Shown here: positions 47,878-60,088 of the stretch, piece by piece
How positions within the stretch are numbered: position 1 is the first letter of the stretch
How the letters are laid out: every line of letters begins with the position of its first letter
Origin: an uncultured Eggerthellaceae bacterium
GTDB taxonomy: Bacteria; Actinomycetota; Coriobacteriia; Coriobacteriales; Eggerthellaceae
NCBI GenBank assembly: GCA_944320405.1
Contig: CALUHI010000031.1
Coordinates: forward strand, 2,031 to 66,030
Direction of reading: 5' to 3'
Length of the DNA stretch: 64,000 bases
Made by a program: the position numbers and the translations under genes
The notes under the pieces: model-generated
What the model was told of the DNA's origin: nothing
Databases searched by the model: none
The model's input: only the letters and a program-made list of their open reading frames with translations

Positions 47878-50769
47878 ATGCCATTGGAATGGACGACATA
47901 TCGGTCTGCGCGGGCTGCGGAAACGGAGATGCTGCGGCTGGTGCGCGACGCGCGCGAGTGCGGTGGGCGGCCGGTGGTCGTTGTGCGCTCGTACGACGAC
48001 GAGGTGCGTGTGAAGCACCTGTTGGCGCGCGAGGGTGCTGGGTTCGGTGTTGCCGTGACGACGTTCGATGGCTGGGTGGCCGACCTGTGGGAGCTGTTCG
48101 GAGACGGCCGCGCACTTGTTGCGCCACTGCAGCGTGCCGTGCTCATGCGTCGTGCGTTGGAAGACGAGGTTGCCGCGGCGGAGGCGGAAGACGAAACGTC
48201 GCTTCTGGCTTGCACGCCAGGGTACGCAAAGCTGCTCGCGCGCGCGGCGCGCGAGGGGTTCGCTGCGGCGAAGGCGGCGTCCGCATCCGAAATGGGCGCA
48301 GCCGAGCGCGCGGCGACGCAGGCGGTGCTTCGTTACGGGCAGCTTCTGGAAAAGCGCGGATTGGTGGAGCCCACCGAGGCCTGCGAGATTCTCAAGAACG
48401 CCAACGTCCTTGATGGCGCAAGCGTTATCGTGCTGGATACGACGCCGACGGCGCTTCAGCTGCGTTTCCTGGACGCCGCAAGCACCTGCGTGCTCGAGGT
48501 GGAATGGGAAGCAGAAGGGGTCGAAGGCCGCCCTGCAGAGCTCGAGCGGCTCCAGCGTCATCTTCTTGATCCCGACTTCGACAATCCCGTCCAAGCAGAA
48601 GGTAATGTGCGCTTCGCGTTGCCGTCGGGCGGCTACGCTGCAGCGCGCTTGGTGGCGGAAGAGGTCTCGGCTTGGATCAGGGAAGGGAAGGGCGCGAATA
48701 TCGCGCTTGCGGCGCCTGATGCAGCTGCCTGGTTCGACAAGCTGGCCCCGCGCCTTTCGTCGGAGGGGGCGACGTGCGTCTTGTCTGGCGCAATGCCGTT
48801 CGGACGCACGCCGTTTGGCAGCGCGTGGTGTGCGCTTCTGCGGTTCGCGGCGCAGGGAGCAGCGGGTGCGCCGTTGGATGTGCGCCTGGCGGGCGATTTT
48901 GCGCTGAGCGCGTTTTCGGCGCTGCCGCCGCGCATGGCCCGTGCGGCAGACAGCCGGTTCCGCGGCAGCCGCGCGCAGACTGCCGACGACGCCTTCACCG
49001 ACCTTGCCGCTTTTGCGGATGAAGACCATCGCGATATTGCCGCCGCCTTCGCCGATGGCCGCTTCGCTGACGCCCTGGCTGCCGAGCGCGATTGGGTGCT
49101 TGCCCAGCGAGCCTGGCCCGAGGCGCAGCGCAACGGGGCTTTGGCCGCCATCGAGTGCGCGCTGCGCGTTCACGATGTCGCTCAAGATGTGGGGCTTTCC
49201 CTTGACGCGCTGGCCGACGTGCTCGAAACCCAGCCGGTCGGTGTCGCCAAGGAGATGGGATGTGACAGCAGGACCGTCCCCTGTCACATCGAGTTTCTCA
49301 CGCTGTCTGCGCTGGCGGCCCGGCCTGCATCGTCGTTCGATTGCGTCGTGTTGGCCGACCTCACGGCAGCGGCGTACCCCTTGACCGACGAGCGCGATGC
49401 CGCCGATGCGTTGCTTGACGTGTGGGGCGCCGGTCCTGCCGAGCTCGAACGCCACGGGGCGTTCCGCTCGCAGGCGCAGCGCGTGCAGAAGGATTTCTCG
49501 GCTGCGCTCGCCACCGCTTGCGCGCGCATCGTCGTGAGCCGTCCGCTCAACACCGCTGATGGCGACGAAGAGCGTCCGTCTGCCCTGTTCGAAGAGCTTG
49601 TCGACTGCTACCGAAGCGACCCCCAGAACGCCGACGAGGTTGATGAGGCGACCGGTCTCACGCCCGCGCTTTCGACGTGGTGCGCCCAGCTGGGCGAAGA
49701 AGACGTCGCTGCCAATTTGTCGTGCGGCAAGGCGGCCCCGCTTTCGCGCGACATCCCGCTGCATCCCACCGGCTCGGTTGACGCCGCCTCGCGCAGCCGC
49801 ATCTTGCTGCCGCGCGTGTTCGCGGGGGGCGTGATCGCGGCCGAGCCCTACTTGTCGCCGTCTGCCATCGAAAGCTACCTGGAGTGTCCGCACCTGTGGT
49901 TCGCGCGCCGCCGCTTGCGGCTTGACACGGTGGACGCCGATTTCGGCGGGCTGGCATTCGGCAACTTTGCGCACGGCGTGCTGGAACAACTGCACAATGC
50001 GCTGCGCGAGACGGGTGCGCGCCGCGTGACGGAAGAGAACGCAGAGCGCGCGGTCGAGCTCATGAACACCGTGTTCAACGATCGCTTCGCCTACGAGCAG
50101 CATCGCTTCGCCAAAGACGCGCTCATCCCGCTTGACGAGCTCGAGCGCATGGAGGTGGAGCAGCTGCGCAATCGCCTGGAGGGCCTGGTGAGGCGCGAGG
50201 CGCGCCTGCTGCCCGACTTCGCGCCGATGGGCGAGGAGATCTCGTTCGGCGAAGGCGGCGACGAGTTCATCTACGCCGGCGTGCACGTGGCGGGCAAGGT
50301 GGACCGCATCGACGTGGATGCCTACGGGCGCTGCGTGGTGATCGACTACAAGGGGTCGGTGGGGCGCGAGTACGCGTTCCGCGGCGCTGAAAACGACGGC
50401 ACCGTGCTGCCGCGCAAGATGCAGACGCTCATCTACGCGCAGATGGCGCGCCGCAAGCTGGGGCTCATCCCCGTGGGCGCCATCTACCTTTCCTACGGCA
50501 AAGACGGTGCGGCGCGCGGCCTGTTCGACCGCACGGTGCTCGACGGCGATGCCGACCTTCTGGGCATGGATCCCGCCACGTGCGGAACGTCGGCGTTTGC
50601 TGAAGCGCTCGATGCGGCGGAAGCGGAAGTGGAGCGCAAGGTGGCCAGCCTGCTTGCAGGCGAGATCGCGCCGGCGGCGGCCGACTTGAAGGCGTGCGAA
50701 TGGTGCCCGGTGGGTCTGTGCGAGCACCGCGACCAGCTTATGGCGGAGAAATCGGGGGGTGCTGCGTAA
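47878..50769 (+). CDS. addB: AddB-type helicase-nuclease subunit (inactivated helicase plus PD-(D/E)XK nuclease with a Fe-S Cys cluster)
   Basis: C-terminal GKVDRIDV...VVIDYKGS and CEWCPVGLCE. 963 aa. TATAAT at 47865-47870 sits 7 nt before the ATG, so the mRNA may be leaderless. Confidence 0.85.
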   Translation: MPLEWTTYRSARAAETEMLRLVRDARECGGRPVVVVRSYDDEVRVKHLLAREGAGFGVAVTTFDGWVADLWELFGDGRALVAPLQRAVLMRRALEDEVAAAEAEDETSLLACTPGYAKLLARAAREGFAAAKAASASEMGAAERAATQAVLRYGQLLEKRGLVEPTEACEILKNANVLDGASVIVLDTTPTALQLRFLDAASTCVLEVEWEAEGVEGRPAELERLQRHLLDPDFDNPVQAEGNVRFALPSGGYAAARLVAEEVSAWIREGKGANIALAAPDAAAWFDKLAPRLSSEGATCVLSGAMPFGRTPFGSAWCALLRFAAQGAAGAPLDVRLAGDFALSAFSALPPRMARAADSRFRGSRAQTADDAFTDLAAFADEDHRDIAAAFADGRFADALAAERDWVLAQRAWPEAQRNGALAAIECALRVHDVAQDVGLSLDALADVLETQPVGVAKEMGCDSRTVPCHIEFLTLSALAARPASSFDCVVLADLTAAAYPLTDERDAADALLDVWGAGPAELERHGAFRSQAQRVQKDFSAALATACARIVVSRPLNTADGDEERPSALFEELVDCYRSDPQNADEVDEATGLTPALSTWCAQLGEEDVAANLSCGKAAPLSRDIPLHPTGSVDAASRSRILLPRVFAGGVIAAEPYLSPSAIESYLECPHLWFARRRLRLDTVDADFGGLAFGNFAHGVLEQLHNALRETGARRVTEENAERAVELMNTVFNDRFAYEQHRFAKDALIPLDELERMEVEQLRNRLEGLVRREARLLPDFAPMGEEISFGEGGDEFIYAGVHVAGKVDRIDVDAYGRCVVIDYKGSVGREYAFRGAENDGTVLPRKMQTLIYAQMARRKLGLIPVGAIYLSYGKDGAARGLFDRTVLDGDADLLGMDPATCGTSAFAEALDAAEAEVERKVASLLAGEIAPAAADLKACEWCPVGLCEHRDQLMAEKSGGAA
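49261..49288. repeat. Single REP-like arm (1 mismatch) embedded in frame in addB, encoding CDSRTVPCH
   Basis: tgtgacagCaggaccgtcccctgtcaca compared with the consensus arm tgtgacagAaggaccgtcccctgtcaca. Confidence 0.85.
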
Positions 50770-53700
50770 TGGCGGTGCGGTTCACCGAAGAACAGCGTGC
50801 CTGCGTGGAGCGCCTGGCGGGCCCTCTGGACATATCGGCTGGCGCCGGGTCGGGCAAAACGTTCACGCTCACGCAGCGCATTGCTGCGGCGCTGGCCGAC
50901 CCGTCAAGCGGCGTCGACGACATCGACCAGATTTGCGCCATCACGTTCACGCGCAAGGCTGCCGCCGAGCTGAAGGGGCGCGTGCGATCCACGTTGCGTG
51001 CCCAAGGCCGCCTTGACCAGGCGATGAAAGTTGACGGTGCGTGGATATCCACCATCCACGGCATGTGCTCGCGCATCCTGCGCGCCGAGGCGCTGCAGGT
51101 GGGGGTGGACCCGGGCTTCAGCGTGCTGGAAGGCAAGGAGCGCGACGACCTTCTGGCGCAGGCGCTCTCCGAGGTGCTCGGGCGGCAATCCGACATCGTG
51201 GACGGCGCGGTGCGCCAGACGCTGCTGCGCGAGTTCCCCGTGCGCTCGTTCCGCGGCGAGGCGTCGGTGGCGTCCATCGTGGAAGCTTTGGTGAACGCGG
51301 CGGCCGCCATGCCCGAAGGGTTCGACGGGTTCGTCCGTGGACCCGAGCCGGCGCAGCCTTCCGCCTTGGCGCGCGAGATGCTTGAGGCATACCGCGCCGT
51401 CGAGCCGTTCTATCGCGACTGCAAGCCGTCGAAGACGCGTGATTCCGCTTTGGCCGACTTGGAAAAAGCTTGTGAAGCGCTCGAAGAGTTCGTAGCGTCG
51501 GGCAGCCAGGATCTTGCGGAGTTTCTGGGCATTCTGAACGGCTGCCCGCTGCTGCGCAAGATCAAGTCGTCCGACGACGCGCGCAATGAAGCGTTCGACA
51601 CCTATCAGGCCGCGCATTCCCGCGTGGCGCAAAACGCCGCCTATGCCCGCGGCGCGCAGCTGCTCGACGAGTTCATGGGCATGGCGCGCCGCGTGGACGA
51701 CGTGTTCTCGCGCTTGAAGCGCGCAGCCGCGGCGCTCGACAACAACGACCTTGTGCGTCTGACGCTGCGCGCGCTAGAAGATCCCGCCATCGGGGCGCGC
51801 TACGCCGATCGCTTCCGTTTGGTGATGGTTGACGAGTTCCAAGACACCGATGCGTTGCAGATCGCCATCGTGCGGCATCTGGCGGGCCCGGGCTTGCGCT
51901 ATCTGTGCACGGTGGGCGACGCCCAGCAGAGCATCTACCGTTTCCGCGGGGCCGACGTCAACGGCTACCGCGCCTTCCGCGCGCAGCTTTCCGAGCCCTC
52001 CATTGTGGAAGCCGGCGGGCAGCCGGCCCTTCTGCAGCTCACCCGCAACTTCCGCAGCCATGGCGACATTTTGGCCTTCGTGCGGAAGGTGTGCGCGCAG
52101 CCGTGCGTGTTCGGTGATGCGTTCCTCGACCTGTCCGCTGTCTACGACGGCTCCAAGTACCGTGCGCCCGAGCCGCGCGTGCAGCTGACGGTGACGGCGC
52201 TTCCTGCCGGCAGGGCGAAGGCGGGCGAGGCGGCCCGTGCCCGCGCGGCGTCGGCGCGCCAGGTGGCCGAACATTTCTCGCGCCTGCGCGAGGCTGGCCA
52301 TGACGCGTCTGAAATGGTGCTGCTTTTGGGCGGCATGACGCATGCCCAAGAATACGCGGCGGCGCTGCGCCGGGAAGGCTTCGAGTGCATCGTGGCCGGG
52401 GGTTCCACCTTCTTCTCGTTCCCCGAGGTGTCGGTGATGCGCGCGCTTGCCTGCGCGGTGGCAAACCCTGAAGACACCGCATCGCTGTTCGAGGTTCTCA
52501 CCAGCGAGATGTTCCGCCTTTCCGCAGACGACTTGCTGCGCATGGCCACCGGCTGGGATGACGCGTGGGGCATTCCGCGCAACCGCAAGCTGGACCGCGG
52601 CTTGGTGGCGCTCGCCCGCGCACGCTCGGGTGAAGACGCCGCCGAGGGCGAGGCGCTCGAGCCCGTGTCGCAACTGGCCGTGCCGGAGCCGCAAACATCC
52701 GATCCGCTTTCCCCGGCGTTGCGCCAGGCGGTGGAAGTGCTGTCGAAGGCGCTTGAAACGGTGCGCTTCGTAGGTCTTTCCGCTGCGCTGCGCCAGGCGC
52801 TGGTAGATTCCGGCTGGCTTGCGCGCCTGCAGCAGCGTGGAGCCGAGGGCGCGGCTTGCATCGCCAACGTGCTCAAGGCAGTGCGTCTGGTGGAAGGGTT
52901 CGAGGATGGCGGCGCGGCAGGGCCTTCCAGCGCGGCAGGGCGTTTCTCGGCGCTGTTCGATGCGGGCGCGAAGGACAAGCCCGGCGTGCTGAACGCCGAG
53001 GGCGGCCGCGCCGTGCGCATCATGACCATCCATGCGTCGAAGGGCTTGGAGTTCCCGCTTGTCGCCGTGGCCGAACTGCCCACAGGGGCGGCCCGCACAG
53101 GCGCGCTTGCGTTGGAATCGCGCGCCGGCCGCACGTGCGCAGGGCTCAAGCCCGGCGCTGGCACGCTAGCGGCGGGGTCGAACCTGACAAAGGCGTTTTC
53201 GAAAGCGCCGGTGACCGGCGGGGAAGACGGGCCGCTCACGTGGGACGACGCTCTTGCCGCCCCCGATGCGGCGGCGTTCAACGGTGCGCTGCACGACATC
53301 GCGTCGTTCGAGGAAGCCTCCGAGGGGCAGCGCCTGTTCTACGTGGCAGCCACGCGCGCGAAGGAGTCCGTCGCGGTGTTCCTGACCATCCGCCCGAAGA
53401 AGGACGACCCCGTGTGCGCGGGCGTTGCCGATGACATCCGCAGCGCGTTTTTCGGGCAGGAGCCGTTCCCCGAGGACGATTGCGAGCTGGACTACGGCGG
53501 ATCGGCGCCGGCGCTCTACCGCTGCCGCGGCATTGGCGATGAAGGGCTCGCCGAGGAAGCGGGCGACGCCTCCGAGGAAAAGGCGCAGGCTGTTCCCGCC
53601 GCGACCCAGCCGGCTGAGATGCTCGCGCCAGAGGTTGCGTCGTTTGCGCTGCCGCCGTGCACCACGCCTGGGCGCCCGGCCACGGGACTCTTCTCGTATT

Positions 53701-54473
53701 CGTCGCTGCATGCCACCCTGGATGGCGCATCGGATGAAGCGGACGCCGCTGTAAAGGACGATTCTTCAGCGGATGAGGGCGCCTCTTTGGACGCTTCCGC
53801 TTCCGAGGCGTATTCTGCCGCGCATTCCGCCGCGCTCGCGATCCCCTTCGCTGCTCCCGATGGGGAAGGGGGGCCGCCCGCTTCTTCCATGGCGGGCAAG
53901 GATGCCGATGCCGCCACGGATTTCGGTTCGGCCTTCCATCGCTTGGCCCAGCTTGCCGCTTTGCGCGGTGCCGATGCTGCGCGCGCCCATGTGGACGCCG
54001 CGTGTCGCGCCTACGGGGTGGCCGATCGCGACCGCGTGCGCGTTGCGTTGGAACGCTGGCTGGGATCGCAGGCGTGCGCCCGCGCGGCGTCGTTTGCCCA
54101 TCGCGAGCCGGAGCTTCCCTTCGCGCTTCCCGTTGCCGACGGCGTGCTGGAAGGCGAGATCGACCTGTTCTGCCATAACGAGCCCGCAAGCGGGCACGCG
54201 TTCATCGTGGACTACAAGACCGGCGGGTCGGCGGCCGAAACCGACGAGCGCCTGCATGCGAAGCACCTGCTGCAAGGGCAGTGCTACGCTCTGGCGGCGC
54301 TTTCGGCGGGCTTCGACGCCGTGGAGGTGACGTTCGTGCGCGTAGAGCGCGACGATCCTGCGGGTGTCGATACGCTGCAGCAGGTGGGCTACGCCTATTC
54401 CGCTGCCGATGCACCCGGTTTAGCTGCCGAAATCGCTCGTTTGCGGGCAAACTCCACACTTCCCACACAATAG
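50769..54473 (+). CDS. addA: AddA-type UvrD-like helicase/nuclease subunit
   Basis: Walker A AGAGSGKTF, VDEFQDTD, IMTIHASKGLEFP and the C-terminal nuclease GEIDLFC...FIVDYKTG. The ATG overlaps the addB stop (TAATG). Confidence 0.9.
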   Translation: MAVRFTEEQRACVERLAGPLDISAGAGSGKTFTLTQRIAAALADPSSGVDDIDQICAITFTRKAAAELKGRVRSTLRAQGRLDQAMKVDGAWISTIHGMCSRILRAEALQVGVDPGFSVLEGKERDDLLAQALSEVLGRQSDIVDGAVRQTLLREFPVRSFRGEASVASIVEALVNAAAAMPEGFDGFVRGPEPAQPSALAREMLEAYRAVEPFYRDCKPSKTRDSALADLEKACEALEEFVASGSQDLAEFLGILNGCPLLRKIKSSDDARNEAFDTYQAAHSRVAQNAAYARGAQLLDEFMGMARRVDDVFSRLKRAAAALDNNDLVRLTLRALEDPAIGARYADRFRLVMVDEFQDTDALQIAIVRHLAGPGLRYLCTVGDAQQSIYRFRGADVNGYRAFRAQLSEPSIVEAGGQPALLQLTRNFRSHGDILAFVRKVCAQPCVFGDAFLDLSAVYDGSKYRAPEPRVQLTVTALPAGRAKAGEAARARAASARQVAEHFSRLREAGHDASEMVLLLGGMTHAQEYAAALRREGFECIVAGGSTFFSFPEVSVMRALACAVANPEDTASLFEVLTSEMFRLSADDLLRMATGWDDAWGIPRNRKLDRGLVALARARSGEDAAEGEALEPVSQLAVPEPQTSDPLSPALRQAVEVLSKALETVRFVGLSAALRQALVDSGWLARLQQRGAEGAACIANVLKAVRLVEGFEDGGAAGPSSAAGRFSALFDAGAKDKPGVLNAEGGRAVRIMTIHASKGLEFPLVAVAELPTGAARTGALALESRAGRTCAGLKPGAGTLAAGSNLTKAFSKAPVTGGEDGPLTWDDALAAPDAAAFNGALHDIASFEEASEGQRLFYVAATRAKESVAVFLTIRPKKDDPVCAGVADDIRSAFFGQEPFPEDDCELDYGGSAPALYRCRGIGDEGLAEEAGDASEEKAQAVPAATQPAEMLAPEVASFALPPCTTPGRPATGLFSYSSLHATLDGASDEADAAVKDDSSADEGASLDASASEAYSAAHSAALAIPFAAPDGEGGPPASSMAGKDADAATDFGSAFHRLAQLAALRGADAARAHVDAACRAYGVADRDRVRVALERWLGSQACARAASFAHREPELPFALPVADGVLEGEIDLFCHNEPASGHAFIVDYKTGGSAAETDERLHAKHLLQGQCYALAALSAGFDAVEVTFVRVERDDPAGVDTLQQVGYAYSAADAPGLAAEIARLRANSTLPTQ

Positions 54474-54589
54474 AACGCGACTCAAGACCTCCTTTCAAGC
54501 CAAAGAAGTGCTGAAACATGCATACGACCTGGGACTTTGTCGTTGCATCCGTTCTTCAAAAGGTATAGATACGCCCGGGTGCGTGGCGT

Positions 54590-54618
54590 TTGACACGCAT
54601 TTTTACGGGTGATAAAGT
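54590..54618 (+). promoter_or_regulatory. Candidate str-operon promoter
   Basis: TTGACA (54590-54595), 17-nt spacer, TAAAGT (54613-54618). About 190 nt of leader precede rpsL. Confidence 0.35.
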
Positions 54619-54810
54619 TCCTCCTCGCGTCCCGTATGGGGCGTTTGTTTTGGTGCGCGTACGCGAGGACGAGCCCAAAGCAAGGCGGGAAGCTTCCGCA
54701 CAAAGCCGGGTGCCGGCGCCTTTGGTTGGGTTGCCCGAGGCGAACGCGGTACAGCGGCGGAGCGAGGAAGCCAGCGCCAACGAGGTATAAAGGTATTAAA
54801 GGAGACTGTT

Positions 54811-55182
54811 TTGCCTACCATCAACCAGCTGATCCGCAAGGGTCGCCATGATGTCGTTGCCAAGAAGAAGACTGCAGCACTCAAGGGCAATCCTCAGAAG
54901 CGTGGCGTGTGCACCCGCGTGTTCACCACCACGCCGAAGAAGCCGAACTCGGCTCTTCGCAAGGTTTGCCGTGTGCGTCTGGTCAACGGCATGGAAGTGA
55001 CCGCCTACATCCCGGGCATCGGCCACAACCTGCAGGAGCACTCCATGGTGCTCATCCGCGGCGGCCGTGTTAAGGACCTCCCCGGTGTCCGCTACAAGGT
55101 CATCCGCGGCGCTCTCGACTGCGCGGCCGTGGACAACCGCAAGCAGGGTCGCAGCCGCTACGGCGCCAAGCGCCCCAAGTAA
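54811..55182 (+). CDS. rpsL: 30S ribosomal protein S12
   Basis: [11 protein letters not shown]...[10 protein letters not shown]...[15 protein letters not shown] start behind AAAGGAGA. Confidence 0.95.
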   Translation: MPTINQLIRKGRHDVVAKKKTAALKGNPQKRGVCTRVFTTTPKKPNSALRKVCRVRLVNGMEVTAYIPGIGHNLQEHSMVLIRGGRVKDLPGVRYKVIRGALDCAAVDNRKQGRSRYGAKRPK

Positions 55183-55295
55183 GTAACCGTTAAGTCGCGC
55201 GGGCCACGAAGCGAAGTCGCCTGAAGGGCAGGCGAGGCCGGGCCTAATGGGCGCAGGTGCGCCCCGAAGCGCGCAGGAAAGTTAAGGAGTACTAC

Positions 55296-55766
55296 ATGCC
55301 GCGTCGTGCAGCAGCCGTCCGTCGCGAAATCCAGCCGGACGCGAAGTACAACAACCGTCTTGTCACCCAGCTGATCAACAAGGTCCTGCTGGACGGCAAG
55401 AAATCCATCGCCGAGGGCATCGTTTACGGTGCGTTCGACATCATCCGCGAGAAGACGAACTCCGATCCGCTGACCGTCTTCAAGAAGGCCATGGACAACG
55501 TTCGCCCCACGCTTGAGACCAAGTCCAAGCGCGTCGGTGGCGCCTCTTACCAGGTGCCCATGGAGGTCAGCTCCCGTCGTTCCACCACGCTGGCCATCCG
55601 CTGGATCGTGGACTTTTCCCGCAAGCGCAAGGAGCACACCATGAAGCAGCGCCTGGCCGCTGAGATCATGGACGCAGCCGAGAACACCGGCGCAGCCGTT
55701 AAGCGCCGCGAAGATGTTTACAAGATGGCTGAAGCCAACCGTGCGTTCTCTCATTATCGCTGGTAG
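55296..55766 (+). CDS. rpsG: 30S ribosomal protein S7
   Basis: [19 protein letters not shown]...[12 protein letters not shown]. 156 aa. Confidence 0.95.
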   Translation: MPRRAAAVRREIQPDAKYNNRLVTQLINKVLLDGKKSIAEGIVYGAFDIIREKTNSDPLTVFKKAMDNVRPTLETKSKRVGGASYQVPMEVSSRRSTTLAIRWIVDFSRKRKEHTMKQRLAAEIMDAAENTGAAVKRREDVYKMAEANRAFSHYRW

Positions 55767-55782
55767 GAAGAGGTAGGAAAGC

Positions 55783-57900
<2,118 letters not shown>

Positions 57901-57929
57901 GGCGCCCGCGCTAATTGGAGGTAAATCAA

Positions 57930-58238
57930 GTGGCTAATCAAAAGATTCGCATCCGCTTGAAGGGCTACGATCACGAGATCGTGGATCAGTCCACGAAGCT
58001 CATCGTCGACACCGCCCAGAAGACGGGTGCCAAGGTTTCCGGACCTATTCCGCTGCCCACCGAGCGCAACCTGTATTGCGTCATCCGCGGGCCGCACGTC
58101 GACAAGGATTCCCGCGAGCAGTTCGAGATGCGCACCCACAAGCGCCTGATCGACATCCTGGAGCCCACCCCGAACACGGTTGACTCCCTGATGCGTCTCG
58201 ACCTTCCCGCCGGCGTCGACATCGAGATCAAGCTGTAA
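57930..58238 (+). CDS. rpsJ: 30S ribosomal protein S10
   Basis: [18 protein letters not shown]...[15 protein letters not shown] 57930 behind GGAGGT gives 102 aa. Confidence 0.95.
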   Translation: MANQKIRIRLKGYDHEIVDQSTKLIVDTAQKTGAKVSGPIPLPTERNLYCVIRGPHVDKDSREQFEMRTHKRLIDILEPTPNTVDSLMRLDLPAGVDIEIKL

Positions 58239-58252
58239 GGGGGATCGCTCAA

Positions 58253-58873
58253 ATGATCAATGCTATTTACGGCAAGAAGGTGGGCATGACCCAGCTTTGG
58301 ACCGAGGACGACCGCGTTATCGCCGTCACCGTGATCCAGGCTGAGCCCAACAAGATCTGCCAGGTGAAGACCACCGAGACTGACGGCTACGAGGCTGTGC
58401 AGCTGGGCTTCGGCGAGATCAAGGCCAAGAAGGTCAACAAGCCCATGGCCGGCCATTTCGCCAAACAGGGCGTCGAGCCCACCCGCTACCTGCGCGAGGT
58501 TCGCGTTGAGAACGCGTCCGAGTACAAGGCTGGCGACGAGCAGACCGTGGCGGTGTTTGCCGACGTGAAGAAGGTCGACGTGACCGGCACTTCCAAGGGC
58601 AAGGGCTTCCAGGGCGTTATCCGTCGTCATGGCTTCGGTGGCGGCCCGGGCGGCCATGGCTCCCACTTCCATCGCGCTCCCGGTTCCATCGGCATGTGCG
58701 CTACGCCTTCCCGCGTGCTCAAGGGCATGCGCATGGCTGGCCACATGGGTTGCGACACCGTTACCGTGAAGAACCTGGAGGTCGTGCGCGTCGACGAGGA
58801 CCAGAACCTCATCCTGGTCAAGGGTGCGGTTCCGGGCGGCAAGAACGCTCTGGTCCGTGTCCGCATGGCGTAA
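58253..58873 (+). CDS. rplC: 50S ribosomal protein L3
   Basis: [10 protein letters not shown]...[13 protein letters not shown]... Confidence 0.95.
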   Translation: MINAIYGKKVGMTQLWTEDDRVIAVTVIQAEPNKICQVKTTETDGYEAVQLGFGEIKAKKVNKPMAGHFAKQGVEPTRYLREVRVENASEYKAGDEQTVAVFADVKKVDVTGTSKGKGFQGVIRRHGFGGGPGGHGSHFHRAPGSIGMCATPSRVLKGMRMAGHMGCDTVTVKNLEVVRVDEDQNLILVKGAVPGGKNALVRVRMA

Positions 58874-58908
58874 TCTCGGCATTTGTACCGTTAAGGAGTT
58901 AGTAAACT

Positions 58909-59535
58909 ATGACGACTATCGACATCAAGGACGCGGGCGGTAACGCGGCCGGTACGGCCGAGGTTTCCTCCGACGTCTTCGGCATCGAGCCGAACGTGCA
59001 TGTCATGCATCAGGTGGTGCGCGCTCAGCGTGCTTCCTGGCGCCAGGGCACGCACAACACGCGCACGCGCGGCATGGTCAGCGGCGGTGGCCGCAAGCCG
59101 TTCCGCCAGAAGGGCACCGGCCGTGCTCGTCAGGGCACCATCCGTGCGCCTCACTTCCGTGGCGGCGGCGTGGTCTTTGGCCCGCATCCCCGCAGCTACG
59201 CGTTCCGCGTGAACAACAAGGAAGTCAAGCTGGCCATGCGCTCCGCTCTGTCCGCGAAGCTGGCCGAGGGCGCGTTCACCGTGGTGAAGGAGTTCGGTTT
59301 CGAGAAGCCTTCCACCAAGCTTGCCATGGCTGCTCTGAAGGCTCTGGGCCTGGATGACCGTCGCGTGACGCTGGTCATCGGCGACGAGGACGTCAACACG
59401 TTCCTGTCGTTCCGCAACATCCCCTCTGTGAACATCCTGCCTGTGTCGACTGCCAACGCTTACGAGCTGATCGACAACAAGGCCCTCGTGTTCACCGAGG
59501 AAGCTCTGAAGTACATCGAGGAGGTGCTGGCATAA
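58909..59535 (+). CDS. rplD: 50S ribosomal protein L4
   Basis: GGGRKPFRQKGTGRARQGTIRAPHFRGGG. Confidence 0.95.
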   Translation: MTTIDIKDAGGNAAGTAEVSSDVFGIEPNVHVMHQVVRAQRASWRQGTHNTRTRGMVSGGGRKPFRQKGTGRARQGTIRAPHFRGGGVVFGPHPRSYAFRVNNKEVKLAMRSALSAKLAEGAFTVVKEFGFEKPSTKLAMAALKALGLDDRRVTLVIGDEDVNTFLSFRNIPSVNILPVSTANAYELIDNKALVFTEEALKYIEEVLA

Positions 59536-59826
59536 ATGAAGGATCCTCGCGAAGTCATCATTCGCCCCATCATCACGGAGAACTCCTACGACATGATGGA
59601 GGAGAACGTCTACACCTTCGAGGTTGCCAAGGATTCCAACAAGGTTGAGATCCGCCAGGCCGTCGAGGCGCTGTTCAACGTTCACGTGGTGAAGGTCAAC
59701 ACGCTGAACGTGAAGTCCAAGCCGAAGCGCGTTCGCGTCCAGGCTGGCCGCACTCGCACTTGGAAGAAGGCCATGGTCACCCTGGCCGCCGGCGAGTCCA
59801 TCGAGCTGTTCGCCACCCAGCAGTAG
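59536..59826 (+). CDS. rplW: 50S ribosomal protein L23
   Basis: IIRPIITENSY...YTFEVAKDSNKVEIRQAVEALF. It starts immediately after the rplD stop. Confidence 0.95.
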   Translation: MKDPREVIIRPIITENSYDMMEENVYTFEVAKDSNKVEIRQAVEALFNVHVVKVNTLNVKSKPKRVRVQAGRTRTWKKAMVTLAAGESIELFATQQ

Positions 59827-59830
59827 TGAT

Positions 59831-59858
59831 GTTCCGCCGGTCTGCCGACCGGCGGAAC
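59831..59858 (+). other. 12-bp stem / 4-nt loop hairpin directly after rplW
   Basis: gttccgccggtc-tgcc-gaccggcggaac, with no U-tract. Confidence 0.6.
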
Positions 59859-59868
59859 TGCTCGTCCA

Positions 59869-59977
59869 CCGAGAGGGACTGAGGCACCCCGCCTTCGCGT
59901 GATCCCAAAGGCTCACGTACCAAAGTACGCTTCGCCTTTGCGATCCCACGAATTCGGGCCACCTCAGCCCCTCTCGG
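59869..59977 (+). other. ~110-nt region closed by a 16-bp long-range inverted repeat (1 mismatch). Possible structured RNA or repeat remnant.
   Basis: ccgagagggactgagg (59869-59884) pairs with cctcagcccctctcgg (59962-59977). Inner helices are aaaggc/gccttt and gtac-caaa-gtac. Confidence 0.4.
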
Positions 59978-60010
59978 CTTCTTATGCTCAACCCGACAGG
60001 TTAGGCACAA

Positions 60011-60039
60011 GGGCCCTGCGATTGCAGGGCCCTTTTTTT
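60011..60039 (+). terminator. Canonical intrinsic terminator ending the truncated S10 operon
   Basis: gggccctgc-gatt-gcagggccc followed by ttttttt. Confidence 0.85.
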
Positions 60040-60088
60040 GTTGGTGTATCATTTGGGGGAGGATTACCCTAGGGAAAGATAGGCGGCT

